Below, one piece after another: positions 20,100 through 29,092 of a DNA stretch of 64,000 bases. Origin of the DNA: Escherichia phage radambza. The position numbers were made by a program, and so were the translations under genes. The notes beneath the pieces are model-generated. The model worked only from the letters and a program-made list of their open reading frames with translations. It did not search any database and was not told the DNA's origin. Positions within the stretch are counted from its first letter, which is position 1. Every line of letters starts with the position of its first letter. The stretch is from sequence record MN850639.1; one strand, written 5' to 3'.

Positions 20100-20190
20100 A
20101 TTCTTAATGACCAGACCAAATCTCTTCTTTGTCCGATTTACCTTCAGATGAATAAGATTAAGTTTGCTGTAATTGGTCTTCTGTCAAAAC

Positions 20191-20268
20191 TGGCGTTCCA
20201 GAAGGGATTTGAACCCTCAAATATCCACTTTGAAAGAGTGGTGACTATACCATTTTGTCTACTGGAAC
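20191..20268 (-). tRNA. tRNA-Glu (anticodon TTC)
   Basis: Perfect acceptor GTTCCAG/CTGGAAC, perfect anticodon stem CCACT/AGTGG loop ctTTCaa, encoded CCA. Confidence 0.7.
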
Positions 20269-20275
20269 ATTAATT

Positions 20276-20352
20276 TGGTCTCTGTTGGAGGACTTGAACC
20301 TCCGGCCTTACCGCCCCAAACGGAACGCTCTACCAAGCTGAGCTAAACAGAG
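20276..20352 (-). tRNA. tRNA-Pro (anticodon TGG)
   Basis: Perfect acceptor CTCTGTT/AACAGAG, D-stem GCTC/GAGC, anticodon loop ttTGGgg, T-arm GGAGG/TTCAAGT/CCTCC, encoded CCA. Confidence 0.65.
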
Positions 20353-20378
20353 ATAAACTTTTCAAACTCTATGTAACC

Positions 20379-20409
20379 ACTTTAACATTATTTTTTAGTG
20401 ATTGTCAAG
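20379..20409 (-). promoter_or_regulatory. candidate sigma70-type promoter for the tRNA cluster (minus strand)
   Basis: Minus-strand TTGACA, 17-19 nt spacer, then TAAAGT/TTAAAG, about 30 nt upstream of the first tRNA. Confidence 0.3.
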
Positions 20410-20517
20410 AACTTTTTTAAAATATTTTTCAGTATCTTAGAAAAGCTCTCGTTTCGTTTCTATGTAGAACATATTAAAGGGTATCAAACACATTGTCAAT
20501 ACCCTTTTTGAAACTTT

Positions 20518-21933
20518 TTACCAGATGTAACGGTCAATCATTACTGCTTTGAGCATTACGCTGATTGGGTCAAACTTCTCACCACCAAGCAGAGCTTTTA
20601 AAGTTGCTGGAGAGAAACCAGATACCATTGCTACACCGTTATCCTTAACAGACACTTCGCAAGTACCATTACGGTTTGCTAAGTACCAGAATACCAGTTG
20701 AGGCATTTCGTACCCAGCTTTTTTGTACTTACTCTGAATTGCTTCAAAGTTTGTACGACCGTTAGCTCCATCAACCTGATTGAACTCCATATCGGAGAAG
20801 ATGATAAGCTTACTTGGCATGTCTTTCTGAGTCAAGTTGTTTCTCTTACCTACCTCAAGAATGCGGTCAAAAGCTGCTTGTAAGTTAGTTGAGCCATATT
20901 CAACATGTCGCATCACCTGACGATGACGGTTTCGTAAATCACCACTCAGTTCGATGAAGTGAGGGTTTGTTGAATAAACCATTAACTCATCCTTGAAGCA
21001 ACCTGTATTGCGTTCTGCTACATACAAGGCAAGTGATACACCAATATCAAGGGCAGTGATTGAACCAAGATTCACCCAAGACATTGAGCTTGAAACATCA
21101 GTCATACACAGGATGTTTTCACCTTCTGCCATCCAGTTTGGTAGTGCTTTCCACTGCTCATTAGCAACATCTGCATTACCATACTTGATAGATTTAATCA
21201 CATCGTATGGGTAAACAGCACCAGCATTAATCTTAGCCTCACCTTTTGAGAGGGACTCGATGTAAGCTTTGTAACGCTCTCCATCTTTACGGTTAAACAG
21301 TTTTTGGTAACGTGCAGCAGCAAGTGAAGGAATCTTACTGTAGTCAATCTTACCAAACTCATTAGCAGAGATTTTTTGCTCAACTGTATCAGATAGTGCA
21401 GACAACAGTGTGCGGTACTCTTTCTCACTCAAGTTGGCAAACTTGCAGAAACGTTTTACAAACTGCTTATGACGTGGTTTGACTCGTGGTAACCACTTAG
21501 CCGCCAAGCCTGCTGTTGCAGGGTCTAGTAATGCTGCTTCTAAATGTTTGAAGGCATCTGTCTCGAAACGAGTACCTACAAAGATTTTGAAGTCATCAAA
21601 ACGACCAAGCTCTGCAATCTTATCCATAATGCGAAGAACCTGTGTAGGTTCTAAAACTTTATCTTCAATTGCTTGAAGTAAAACAGTTCGGAAAGCTTTA
21701 CGCTCACCCATACCTTCTCGTACATCTCGCATATGCAGTAAAATACGAACTGCAACATCAACATCCTCACGCAAAGCTTTGTAGAACAGGTCTGGTAAGA
21801 TTACTACATTGCTACGGCTCGAACCAGCAGCTTTGTAAAAGTCTACAAGAGCAGACATTGATGAAGTATGGTTTACAGCACCATTTTCAGTTCGACCTGC
21901 ATGAAGGTGCGCATGTTTAAATAATTCGCTCAT
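20518..21933 (-). CDS. von Willebrand factor A (vWA) domain protein with N-terminal helical domain
   Basis: 471 aa; MIDAS-like ILCMTDVSSSM at about residue 280 and later IIFSDMEF; N-terminal roughly 270 aa of unknown fold. Confidence 0.6.
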   Translation of the reverse strand: MSELFKHAHLHAGRTENGAVNHTSSMSALVDFYKAAGSSRSNVVILPDLFYKALREDVDVAVRILLHMRDVREGMGERKAFRTVLLQAIEDKVLEPTQVLRIMDKIAELGRFDDFKIFVGTRFETDAFKHLEAALLDPATAGLAAKWLPRVKPRHKQFVKRFCKFANLSEKEYRTLLSALSDTVEQKISANEFGKIDYSKIPSLAAARYQKLFNRKDGERYKAYIESLSKGEAKINAGAVYPYDVIKSIKYGNADVANEQWKALPNWMAEGENILCMTDVSSSMSWVNLGSITALDIGVSLALYVAERNTGCFKDELMVYSTNPHFIELSGDLRNRHRQVMRHVEYGSTNLQAAFDRILEVGKRNNLTQKDMPSKLIIFSDMEFNQVDGANGRTNFEAIQSKYKKAGYEMPQLVFWYLANRNGTCEVSVKDNGVAMVSGFSPATLKALLGGEKFDPISVMLKAVMIDRYIW

Positions 21934-21967
21934 ATTTTACTCTCTTCTCTCATTTTGTTTGTTGATG

Positions 21968-22002
21968 TGACAGACTTTAGAGCAACTTTGTAGAGTCTGT
22001 CA
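21968..22002 (-). promoter_or_regulatory. intergenic hairpin (9-bp stem, 17-nt loop) between two minus-strand genes
   Basis: TGACAGACT ... AGTCTGTCA perfect inverted repeat; no flanking U-run. Confidence 0.4.
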
Positions 22003-22015
22003 ACACCTTTTAAAA

Positions 22016-22387
22016 TTATTTTTTGAGAGTCGCTACAGCAGAGAACGTTGGTTTGTTATCTGTCTGAGACTGACCACCATTATCAGGGGTCTTCTTAGTG
22101 TCTGCTGCAATCGCTTTCATCTCACCTGCTGAGTGAGTCATGATGGTTTTACCAGCCTCCATCATCGACTTCAGGTTTACATCGTCAGTCGTCAAACCGA
22201 ACTCTGCAAGCTTAGCAGCATCCCTTGTAACAACCGCCTCAAACAACTTTGCAGCAAACTCAGCAGAATTATCAATGGTCAGTTGAGCTTTTACAAGTGA
22301 GCTTTTGTTACGAGAGCCTTTTGGTCTTCCAGATGGGTTTCCAGACTGGCCTTTTTTAAACTGGCCTTTGTTTGTTCTGTTTTTCAT
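22016..22387 (-). CDS. small basic protein with N-terminal KGQSGNPSGRPKG motif
   Basis: 123 aa, ATG start; first gene of the minus-strand block at the divergent regulatory region. Confidence 0.5.
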   Translation of the reverse strand: MKNRTNKGQFKKGQSGNPSGRPKGSRNKSSLVKAQLTIDNSAEFAAKLFEAVVTRDAAKLAEFGLTTDDVNLKSMMEAGKTIMTHSAGEMKAIAADTKKTPDNGGQSQTDNKPTFSAVATLKK

Positions 22388-22562
22388 TGGTATGCCTCTT
22401 ATAAGACCTCTTAAAAGGCTTTTAAGATAAAAGATAGATATCCAGAAAGATATCTGTTTAAATAGCCTTTTTAGAGGAACCTTTTAAGTTATCTTCTAAG
22501 TATTTATAAGCCTACACCTTGTCAAGTACTTTGTCAACAACTTTTTTAACTTGCAATAGTTC

Positions 22563-22591
22563 TTGACTTGTTGTATGGATTACTGTACCAT
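22563..22591 (+). promoter_or_regulatory. candidate sigma70-type promoter for plus-strand operon
   Basis: TTGACT, 17-nt spacer, TACCAT, about 45 nt upstream of first plus-strand ATG. Confidence 0.35.
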
Positions 22592-22636
22592 CTTACTTAA
22601 AGCTGTAGGTCTGCCTTGTTCTACAAAGGAGACTTA

Positions 22637-22798
22637 ATGAGAAAATCAAATAAACCGAAGAAAGGTAAGAATACCAATCACTGTAAGGAATCAAAAAGGG
22701 TAGAATTAATCTACTATTCATCCTCTGAAATTGGTCTGTACCTGTTCTTTCAAAATTACAGAAGACAAGAGGATTATCTATGTGTAGTTCCCAATTAG
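22637..22798 (+). CDS. small hypothetical protein
   Basis: ORF-track TTG start trimmed to ATG at 22637 preceded by AAAGGAG. Confidence 0.4.
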   Translation: MRKSNKPKKGKNTNHCKESKRVELIYYSSSEIGLYLFFQNYRRQEDYLCVVPN

Positions 22799-23013
22799 AA
22801 ATCGCAGATATTATAGATTTATATCAAACTGCAAAGAGTCATGGCTATATAACCTCAATTGGAAAGAATAGTCACTATGATGCTTTGACTGGAATGTATT
22901 TCAGGGCAATGGCTCAATCTAGTGAACAACACTTAGTGGTTTCTTCCAGTGAGTTTACTTCGTTTCTCTATTGCAGCAAAATTATAAATCGCAGGAGAAC
23001 TGAAAAATGTTAA
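22780..23013 (+). CDS. hypothetical protein
   Basis: 77 aa, ATG with AAGAGGA SD. Confidence 0.45.
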   Translation: MCSSQLEIADIIDLYQTAKSHGYITSIGKNSHYDALTGMYFRAMAQSSEQHLVVSSSEFTSFLYCSKIINRRRTEKC

Positions 23014-23597
23014 CAGTAAGTTTTAATTACAATAGTGATGGCTCTGTATCAATTAACTCACCATATGCAAATGACCTACTTAAAGAGCTAGTCAATCAGT
23101 GTGAGAGGGGTCTTCACTATGTTCAAAATTCTTTTAAACAGAAGACTATTGCTAATAACTTGATGCGTGTAACAGTGACGGCATCGAATCCAAATTATGA
23201 CTTTGATAGTGAAAGTCCGTACTCATTAGTTGCGCTTGGAGAGAGCAGCCAATTCAAACTTGTTTGCCACGACTCAGAAACATTCCTTAAGGTATTTTCC
23301 AACCTTATTCATAATAATAAGTACAGCTACGTTGATGGTAGTGTAAATTTCTATCCAGCAAACTATACATGTTTGTTGGTTGATAATATGAGAAAAAGTA
23401 AGCAAGAGCCTACAGAGATTTCATTTGATGTGAACTCTAGTCCAGACGCAGAAATAAGTAAGAACTTTGATATGAGTTACGCATTGTCACTCAGTAAGAA
23501 ATCCGAGTTCATTGATTATGTCAATGGATTTGGTTTTAAGTTTGATGAGAGTATGAATCTTAAAAAACTTAAGAACCTACTTAAGACCAAAGCTTAA
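23007..23597 (+). CDS. hypothetical protein
   Basis: 196 aa, ATG with AGGAG SD. Confidence 0.55.
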   Translation: MLTVSFNYNSDGSVSINSPYANDLLKELVNQCERGLHYVQNSFKQKTIANNLMRVTVTASNPNYDFDSESPYSLVALGESSQFKLVCHDSETFLKVFSNLIHNNKYSYVDGSVNFYPANYTCLLVDNMRKSKQEPTEISFDVNSSPDAEISKNFDMSYALSLSKKSEFIDYVNGFGFKFDESMNLKKLKNLLKTKA

Positions 23598-23644
23598 GTG
23601 TGAATAGGGGCTGATGCCCCTTTAACTATTTATAAGGATACTTA

Positions 23645-24016
23645 ATGAAAGCTAAGAGTGCAAAAGACTTTTATTGCTTCCTACAATCCTATATCAATTC
23701 CGTGCAAAATGGTGAAAGGTACAACCTTAATGATGTTATCCCAACACCTTTGACATGGAGACTCAGCAAATGGCCTGAAGAAGATATTACACCAACAATC
23801 GAACAGCGTACCTACAAACCTGAAATAAATATTCCAGATTCTGAGAACCTATTATATCCAATGTTCCATATTGTTGGACTTGGAAGATTCCTTATGGATA
23901 TCCAGTATGTAATTGGTAAAGGCTATAAGGTTAAAGGTATTGTTGTTGGTGATGTATCTCCGCATCACAAAGGTTATTTTAGACTAAACGCACATTTAGA
24001 GGCTAAAAAGAAATGA
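23645..24016 (+). CDS. hypothetical protein, paralog of the N-terminal domain of the next gene
   Basis: 123 aa; shares Y..F...Y...GERY/GKRY ... WPE.DI ... YKP ... LLY ... MD[IL]QY with 24013-24894. Confidence 0.55.
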   Translation: MKAKSAKDFYCFLQSYINSVQNGERYNLNDVIPTPLTWRLSKWPEEDITPTIEQRTYKPEINIPDSENLLYPMFHIVGLGRFLMDIQYVIGKGYKVKGIVVGDVSPHHKGYFRLNAHLEAKKK

Positions 24017-24894
24017 TTAAAGCAAAGACTTACCCAGACTTCAAAGAGTTTGTGAAGGGCTTCGTTGCGAACGTAAAGGCTGGTAAGAGATATGATTTTA
24101 GAACATATCAAGAGGCTATTTTACCACTTACCTATAGTTCGTATTGGCCTGAAGCTGATATTGCAGAAGTTAAGAAGTTTGACTACAAACCAGACTACAA
24201 AGTTCCATTTAGTGATGAGTTGCTTTACAGCGTTGGTGCTCAAATGAGAACGTCTGACTTCTTCATGGACTTACAATATGCAATTATCAATGGTAAAGAC
24301 GTTGATACAGTTTATTGTGAATGGCTGGCAAGAGTTAAACCGTTCTCAATGTTGAATGCTAAGTTGAAGGATGCTATCAAGCCACCATCAATCACTCAGC
24401 AACCAACCAATCAAACAGTAAATGAAGGGGGTACACTTACCCTAAGCGTTATTGCAACTAATGCCACTGGATATCAATGGAAAAAGGATGGTGAGGACAT
24501 CCCTAGTGCCAATTCTGCAACTTACACAAAACAGTCAGTAGCACCTTCTGACGCTGGTTCATACACTTGCGTTGTAACAGGTGCAGGTGGTTCTGTTACT
24601 TCTAGCCCTGCAACAGTTACTGTGAATGCACTTCCGGTAATCACTCAGCAACCAACCAATCAAGAAATCACTGAAGGTGAGACCTTAACACTGAATGTTG
24701 TGGCAACAGGTGCGACAGGTTATCAGTGGAAGAAAGGTGAGGAAGTCATCCCAGACGCAACTGCTGCAACTTACACCAAAGAAGGTGCAACCGCTGCTGA
24801 TGCAGGAAGCTACACCTGTGTAGTGACTGGCGCAGGTGGCTCTGTAACATCTAATGCGGCAACAGTTACAGTTAACCCAGCAGGGGAGGCATAA
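24013..24894 (+). CDS. protein with duplicated N-domain plus two tandem Ig-like repeats
   Basis: 293 aa; two roughly 90-aa repeats ITQQPTNQ...TGATGYQWKK...AGSYTCVVTGAGGSVTS; ATGA overlap with upstream gene. Confidence 0.65.
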   Translation: MIKAKTYPDFKEFVKGFVANVKAGKRYDFRTYQEAILPLTYSSYWPEADIAEVKKFDYKPDYKVPFSDELLYSVGAQMRTSDFFMDLQYAIINGKDVDTVYCEWLARVKPFSMLNAKLKDAIKPPSITQQPTNQTVNEGGTLTLSVIATNATGYQWKKDGEDIPSANSATYTKQSVAPSDAGSYTCVVTGAGGSVTSSPATVTVNALPVITQQPTNQEITEGETLTLNVVATGATGYQWKKGEEVIPDATAATYTKEGATAADAGSYTCVVTGAGGSVTSNAATVTVNPAGEA

Positions 24895-25358
24895 TGCAAC
24901 TCTCAAGAAAAGGTTTAGAAGCTATTAAGTTCTTTGAAGGTCTGAAGTTAGAGGCTTACGAAGACTCTGCCGGAATCCCTACAATCGGGTATGGTACAAT
25001 CCGTATTGACGGAAAACCTGTTAAGATGGGTATGATAATTACTGCTGAACAAGCTGAACATTATCTTCTCGCAGATGTTGAAAAGTTTGTTACAGCAGTG
25101 AACAAAGCTATCAAGGTTCCAACTTCTCAGAACGAGTTTGATGCACTTGTAAGTGAAACATACAACATCGGCATCACAGCTATGCAGGATTCTACATTTA
25201 TCAAGCGCCACAATGCTGGTAATAAGGTAGGTTGCGCAGAAGCTATGCAGTGGTGGAACAAGGTTACAGTCAAAGGTAAGAAGGTCACCTCAAACGGTCT
25301 GAAAAACAGACGTAGAATGGAAGCTGACATTTATCTTGACAGTGTATATCCAAAGTAA
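24894..25358 (+). CDS. lysozyme / endolysin (glycoside hydrolase family 24-like)
   Basis: 154 aa; N-terminal EGLKLEAYEDSAGIPTIGYGT catalytic motif; TAATG overlap with upstream gene. Confidence 0.85.
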   Translation: MQLSRKGLEAIKFFEGLKLEAYEDSAGIPTIGYGTIRIDGKPVKMGMIITAEQAEHYLLADVEKFVTAVNKAIKVPTSQNEFDALVSETYNIGITAMQDSTFIKRHNAGNKVGCAEAMQWWNKVTVKGKKVTSNGLKNRRRMEADIYLDSVYPK

Positions 25359-25367
25359 TATCTTCAT

Positions 25368-25394
25368 AGGCTCCTTCGGGAGCCTTTTTTATTT
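25368..25394 (+). terminator. rho-independent terminator / attenuator after lysozyme gene
   Basis: AGGCTCC-ttcg-GGAGCCT hairpin with UUCG loop followed by TTTTTTATTTT. Confidence 0.6.
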
Positions 25395-25409
25395 TCTAAG
25401 GAGAAAACT

Positions 25410-25808
25410 ATGAAGCTTTGGGCTAGTGACTTTGGGACTTTTAAGTACACTCGCAATGGTTCGCTTGTACGCATTGTCGGAAACAATGTGGTTTCAAGAG
25501 GCGACAAGGTGTATACACGGTTTACTGTAGAGCTTGTTGAACTGTCACCTATTGAGTCTGTGAACAATGGCCTGTTCAAGTTTGAGACTTACAATGTCAA
25601 TGAGCATGGACAATTCAACCCTCTTGGCGAAAGTGGACTCGATATTATTTCAGAACACCCGTTGACAAAAGAGCAACTTGCAGGTTATTATAAAACTGTT
25701 CTTGAAAGGCAGTTAGCAACACATGAACAAGAAGCTAACTACCATTTACAACATTGCGAAATTTTAAGAGCAAAAATCGAACAAGCAGAGAGAGGTTTTT
25801 ATGAATAA
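25410..25808 (+). CDS. hypothetical protein
   Basis: 132 aa, ATG with AAGGAG SD. Confidence 0.55.
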   Translation: MKLWASDFGTFKYTRNGSLVRIVGNNVVSRGDKVYTRFTVELVELSPIESVNNGLFKFETYNVNEHGQFNPLGESGLDIISEHPLTKEQLAGYYKTVLERQLATHEQEANYHLQHCEILRAKIEQAERGFYE

Positions 25809-26196
25809 TAACAGTCATATCCATGTTAAGGTTGATGTCAGCCGTTACAGCGAAAATGAGGAACTAGACCTGCAAGATGCTCTTCTATTTGAGAAGAATG
25901 GTAATCTCCATTTGCATTTTGAAGGTACAAACACATATCTCCACAGATGTCGAGATGATGCAGATGGTTGCCCTGTTTTTGCTTGGTATAATTTAGAGTT
26001 TCCACTTTACGCAATCCACTACCCAGATGGTGGAGAAGACTGGACAACTCAATCAATCTTTGATGAGCTTAACGGTATTCCGGTTGAGCAGGAAGAACAA
26101 GAGCCTGTTGAACTTACCTTCACCTTCGTCAAAGAAGAAACGGTTGGTGATTTGTCAGTAACTGAAGCTATTCAGGTAACACAGGTCATTTGCTAA
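25801..26196 (+). CDS. hypothetical protein
   Basis: 131 aa, ATG overlapping upstream stop. Confidence 0.55.
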   Translation: MNNNSHIHVKVDVSRYSENEELDLQDALLFEKNGNLHLHFEGTNTYLHRCRDDADGCPVFAWYNLEFPLYAIHYPDGGEDWTTQSIFDELNGIPVEQEEQEPVELTFTFVKEETVGDLSVTEAIQVTQVIC

Positions 26197-26489
26197 TGAG
26201 TAAAGTACAGGTTATTTTCCCTATTTGTGACTTCTCACTAGAGCGTGAACTTGACCTGTACGAAGAAATTACTGACGAAATCATCTGGTCTGTTGTAGAA
26301 GAGTCTATCAAGAAGCTGTATGGTGGCCTCTTAAACCCATCAAGTAAGAAGTTAAGCACTAAGCAAGTAGCTGACCCATATGTTTCATATGATGCCTACA
26401 ACAAACCTTTTGAGAATACCTGCTTTGACCTTATGGTAGGTAATAACAAAGTCAACTATTTCTTCGTCAGAGAGTTTAACGATGAGTAA
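26196..26489 (+). CDS. hypothetical protein
   Basis: ORF-track TTG start trimmed to ATG at 26196 (TAATG overlap). Confidence 0.5.
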   Translation: MSKVQVIFPICDFSLERELDLYEEITDEIIWSVVEESIKKLYGGLLNPSSKKLSTKQVADPYVSYDAYNKPFENTCFDLMVGNNKVNYFFVREFNDE

Positions 26490-26826
26490 GCTCCATGTCA
26501 CAGTGTACAAAAACTTCTCAGATATTAAAGAGTCTTTAACAAACAAGCTTGATATGCAACGTAAAAGGCTCTTTTTAATGTATGACATAGACAACTACAA
26601 CCATCCTAAAGAGTTTAACTATAAAGATGGTACAAAGATTGTCGAATTTGAAGATTCTGTAACGGTGTATGTCAAACATGACTTACCAGCAAAGTACATA
26701 GGGATGTTAGAGTATTATATATTCAGGCATACAGGTATGCGTGGTGAATCTGTCAAGATATCTTCTATAGAAGTTTTTGAGAAACCTAACACACAACTTA
26801 AAAAGTATTTAATGAGGAAACTGTAA
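26482..26826 (+). CDS. hypothetical protein
   Basis: 114 aa, ATG start, overlaps neighbours. Confidence 0.55.
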   Translation: MSKLHVTVYKNFSDIKESLTNKLDMQRKRLFLMYDIDNYNHPKEFNYKDGTKIVEFEDSVTVYVKHDLPAKYIGMLEYYIFRHTGMRGESVKISSIEVFEKPNTQLKKYLMRKL

Positions 26827-27416
26827 TGTCTGAAGAGCAACAGGATATTATCCCACAAGTAACATTAGTTCAACATTTTGGAAACATTGAAGGATGTGTT
26901 GCACTTTTTCAACCAAGTGTCAATTCTCCTGCAAAAGTTTGCAAGCTGACTATGAATGTTAATAACATTAGTGTCTGCCTTGTTGATGAAGTCCAGTACT
27001 TCAAGTTCAATGACAGAGAAGTTGATGCTGCACTATTGAAGTATCGAGCAAGCCTCGAAAAAGACATTGACCATAAAGAGCTTGTCACATTGTTTGGTGA
27101 CCTTCACAAGCTTCTTGAAAAGGTTATGAAGCGTACATACTACATGAACAATGGTTCAATTATCACCACCATGATTTCACCATGTATCTCTGAGCCAATT
27201 TTAACTGATGATGGCGGGTACTATGTTGTAGCATCAGCAGATTCTGATTGGTGGATGAAAAATACAGCACTTAAGACGGTTATTGACGCTATTCGTGAGC
27301 ATATCCCTTCATTCAGCCCGTGGAAAGGTAAAGGTGATGACTTTATCGCGTTGTTGAGTGAAGAAAGCAGCAAACGTAGTGCATTAATGCCTAAGAAATA
27401 CTCTTGCAGAGTATAA
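26826..27416 (+). CDS. hypothetical protein
   Basis: 196 aa, ATG start. Confidence 0.55.
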   Translation: MSEEQQDIIPQVTLVQHFGNIEGCVALFQPSVNSPAKVCKLTMNVNNISVCLVDEVQYFKFNDREVDAALLKYRASLEKDIDHKELVTLFGDLHKLLEKVMKRTYYMNNGSIITTMISPCISEPILTDDGGYYVVASADSDWWMKNTALKTVIDAIREHIPSFSPWKGKGDDFIALLSEESSKRSALMPKKYSCRV

Positions 27417-27478
27417 AATATTAGCTATAATGGGAGCTATCGAGAGGTAGTTCCCTTTTTAGTTTCTGGAGAATAGAA

Positions 27479-28024
27479 ATGCCTAAAGTAAAAGAACACG
27501 ATAAAATTATTTTGTATGTTAAACAGAACCCTTCTAAGAGTGTTGAGGCTGTTGTGACATATGTCTCACACAATGGCACAGTCTATTTTCGACCACTGAA
27601 GAACTTAGACTTTGACATAACACAAAGCTACACATTTAGTACCTCTGCTAGACTGTGTGCAGGGACTGTATACTCAACTTCTGAGATTGAGTCCTTATCT
27701 TTCACAGGTGCTTACAAGAACTTTATCGGGATTGCTTTAAAGGACTCTGAAGAATCTTTTAAATTTTTCATGGAGACTAATAAAGGTTGCTACGCACATG
27801 TTATGCCAGTCTATAAGAAAGTTGATACAGAACTTACCAGTAAGTGCGAAGAGATTAGTAGTGACCTGAAGGAGCGCAAAACAGCTATTCAGAATGCCAT
27901 TTACATCATTGAGAGGAACCATTTAGAAGTTCTTTTCAGAGATATGCTAAAAGCAGGGTTTACTCCAAACGAAATTACAAGAGAAACACAACGACAGTTC
28001 AGAAACGCTATGGTGAAAGAATGA
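27479..28024 (+). CDS. hypothetical protein
   Basis: 181 aa, ATG with GGAG SD. Confidence 0.55.
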   Translation: MPKVKEHDKIILYVKQNPSKSVEAVVTYVSHNGTVYFRPLKNLDFDITQSYTFSTSARLCAGTVYSTSEIESLSFTGAYKNFIGIALKDSEESFKFFMETNKGCYAHVMPVYKKVDTELTSKCEEISSDLKERKTAIQNAIYIIERNHLEVLFRDMLKAGFTPNEITRETQRQFRNAMVKE

Positions 28025-28239
28025 AAAAGTTAACTACAGTTGAAGATTACTACAAACTATCCCTGTTAGAGCAGTATCGCAGAAGCCAGAGTATCAGAAA
28101 ATGCTATGGTAAACACGCTGAAGGTGACTTTTACCGTTGTTACGATGCAGATTTAAAAGGTGTAACACCTAGAGGGAAAGTCCTGCAAAGACTTGTTGAC
28201 CTTGAGTGGAACAAACGATTGAGAGGGGTTGGAAAATGA
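28021..28239 (+). CDS. hypothetical protein
   Basis: 72 aa, ATGA overlap with upstream gene. Confidence 0.5.
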   Translation: MKKLTTVEDYYKLSLLEQYRRSQSIRKCYGKHAEGDFYRCYDADLKGVTPRGKVLQRLVDLEWNKRLRGVGK

Positions 28240-28739
28240 TTTACGAAGAAAGATACAAGATAGACTATCAGAAGACTGGTCATCATACTTCACTAAGAGT
28301 AACCAAACCAAATGGGGATACTGGTATCATAGCACATTTTGGTGGTGATTATTGGTACGGTACAGGTTGCTTTGAAGGCTACACTCAAGAATACTTGAAA
28401 GCTTTCTACAGAGACTTTACAAATGACTACAACAGGGTTGTTGAAGAGAAGAATAGGTGCATTAAGCATGAATACCATGCCAGAGGTTGTCTGAATATTG
28501 TTATGATACTAGTGTTCTTCTTAGCAACATTGATAGCCGTATCGTCAATCAGCTACATAGCTCAAGACTTGACCATTACACAGATTACTGCAAAGGTACA
28601 TGATGTTTGGTACTTGTATGCTGTTCCTTTAGCTGGTATCATCATCTCACTAATGAGGTTCAGAGTTCATAAGAAACGACTTAAGGACTCTGAAGTTAAA
28701 CTTGAAGAGGTAAGTAAAGAATGCAACCTACAATTATAG
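28236..28739 (+). CDS. membrane protein (two predicted TM segments)
   Basis: ORF-track GTG start trimmed to ATG at 28236 (ATGA overlap); hydrophobic LNIVMILVFFLATLIAVSSISYIA and YLYAVPLAGIIISLM. Confidence 0.5.
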   Translation: MIYEERYKIDYQKTGHHTSLRVTKPNGDTGIIAHFGGDYWYGTGCFEGYTQEYLKAFYRDFTNDYNRVVEEKNRCIKHEYHARGCLNIVMILVFFLATLIAVSSISYIAQDLTITQITAKVHDVWYLYAVPLAGIIISLMRFRVHKKRLKDSEVKLEEVSKECNLQL

Positions 28740-28814
28740 CTGTATGTGTTCGTTTTGCAATCGCTGAAATGATTAACAAGGCAATCTTAAAAGATGCCTA
28801 TGGAGAGACTAAGA

Positions 28815-29039
28815 ATGATTAAGACACCTGTACCAATTTTTGGATTTCCTTCTATAGAAGAGTTCAAAGTTTATCTTGACAAAAACTTCTACAACGAGCA
28901 GCCTGTTACTTTGCTGAAGAGTGACTTATCAGAGCTTCTTGATATGGTTATCAAGGCAACTCCTGAGAAGGAACCTGAGCAGAAAGCTGAGAAGAAGACT
29001 AGTAAGAAATCTGATAAGAAGACTGAAAAGTCTGAGTAG
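28815..29039 (+). CDS. hypothetical protein with lysine-rich C-terminus
   Basis: Start chosen at ATG 28815 with GGAGAG SD; upstream ATG at 28794 lacks SD. Confidence 0.45.
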   Translation: MIKTPVPIFGFPSIEEFKVYLDKNFYNEQPVTLLKSDLSELLDMVIKATPEKEPEQKAEKKTSKKSDKKTEKSE

Positions 29040-29092
29040 TAACTTGAGGGGTTACTTGATAGCCCCTTTGTAGAAACTTAGAAGGTAGCGAA

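Noticed and set aside
22433-22455. Palindrome AGATATC-cagaaa-GATATCT in the divergent regulatory region as an operator
   Set aside because: A single 7-bp inverted repeat with no second copy in the window; too little to call a binding site.
28721-28822. 33-aa ORF (MQPTIIAVCVRFAIAEMINKAILKDAYGETKND) spanning the 28739-28815 gap
   Set aside because: Weak SD, overlaps both neighbouring genes and is very short; noted but not called.
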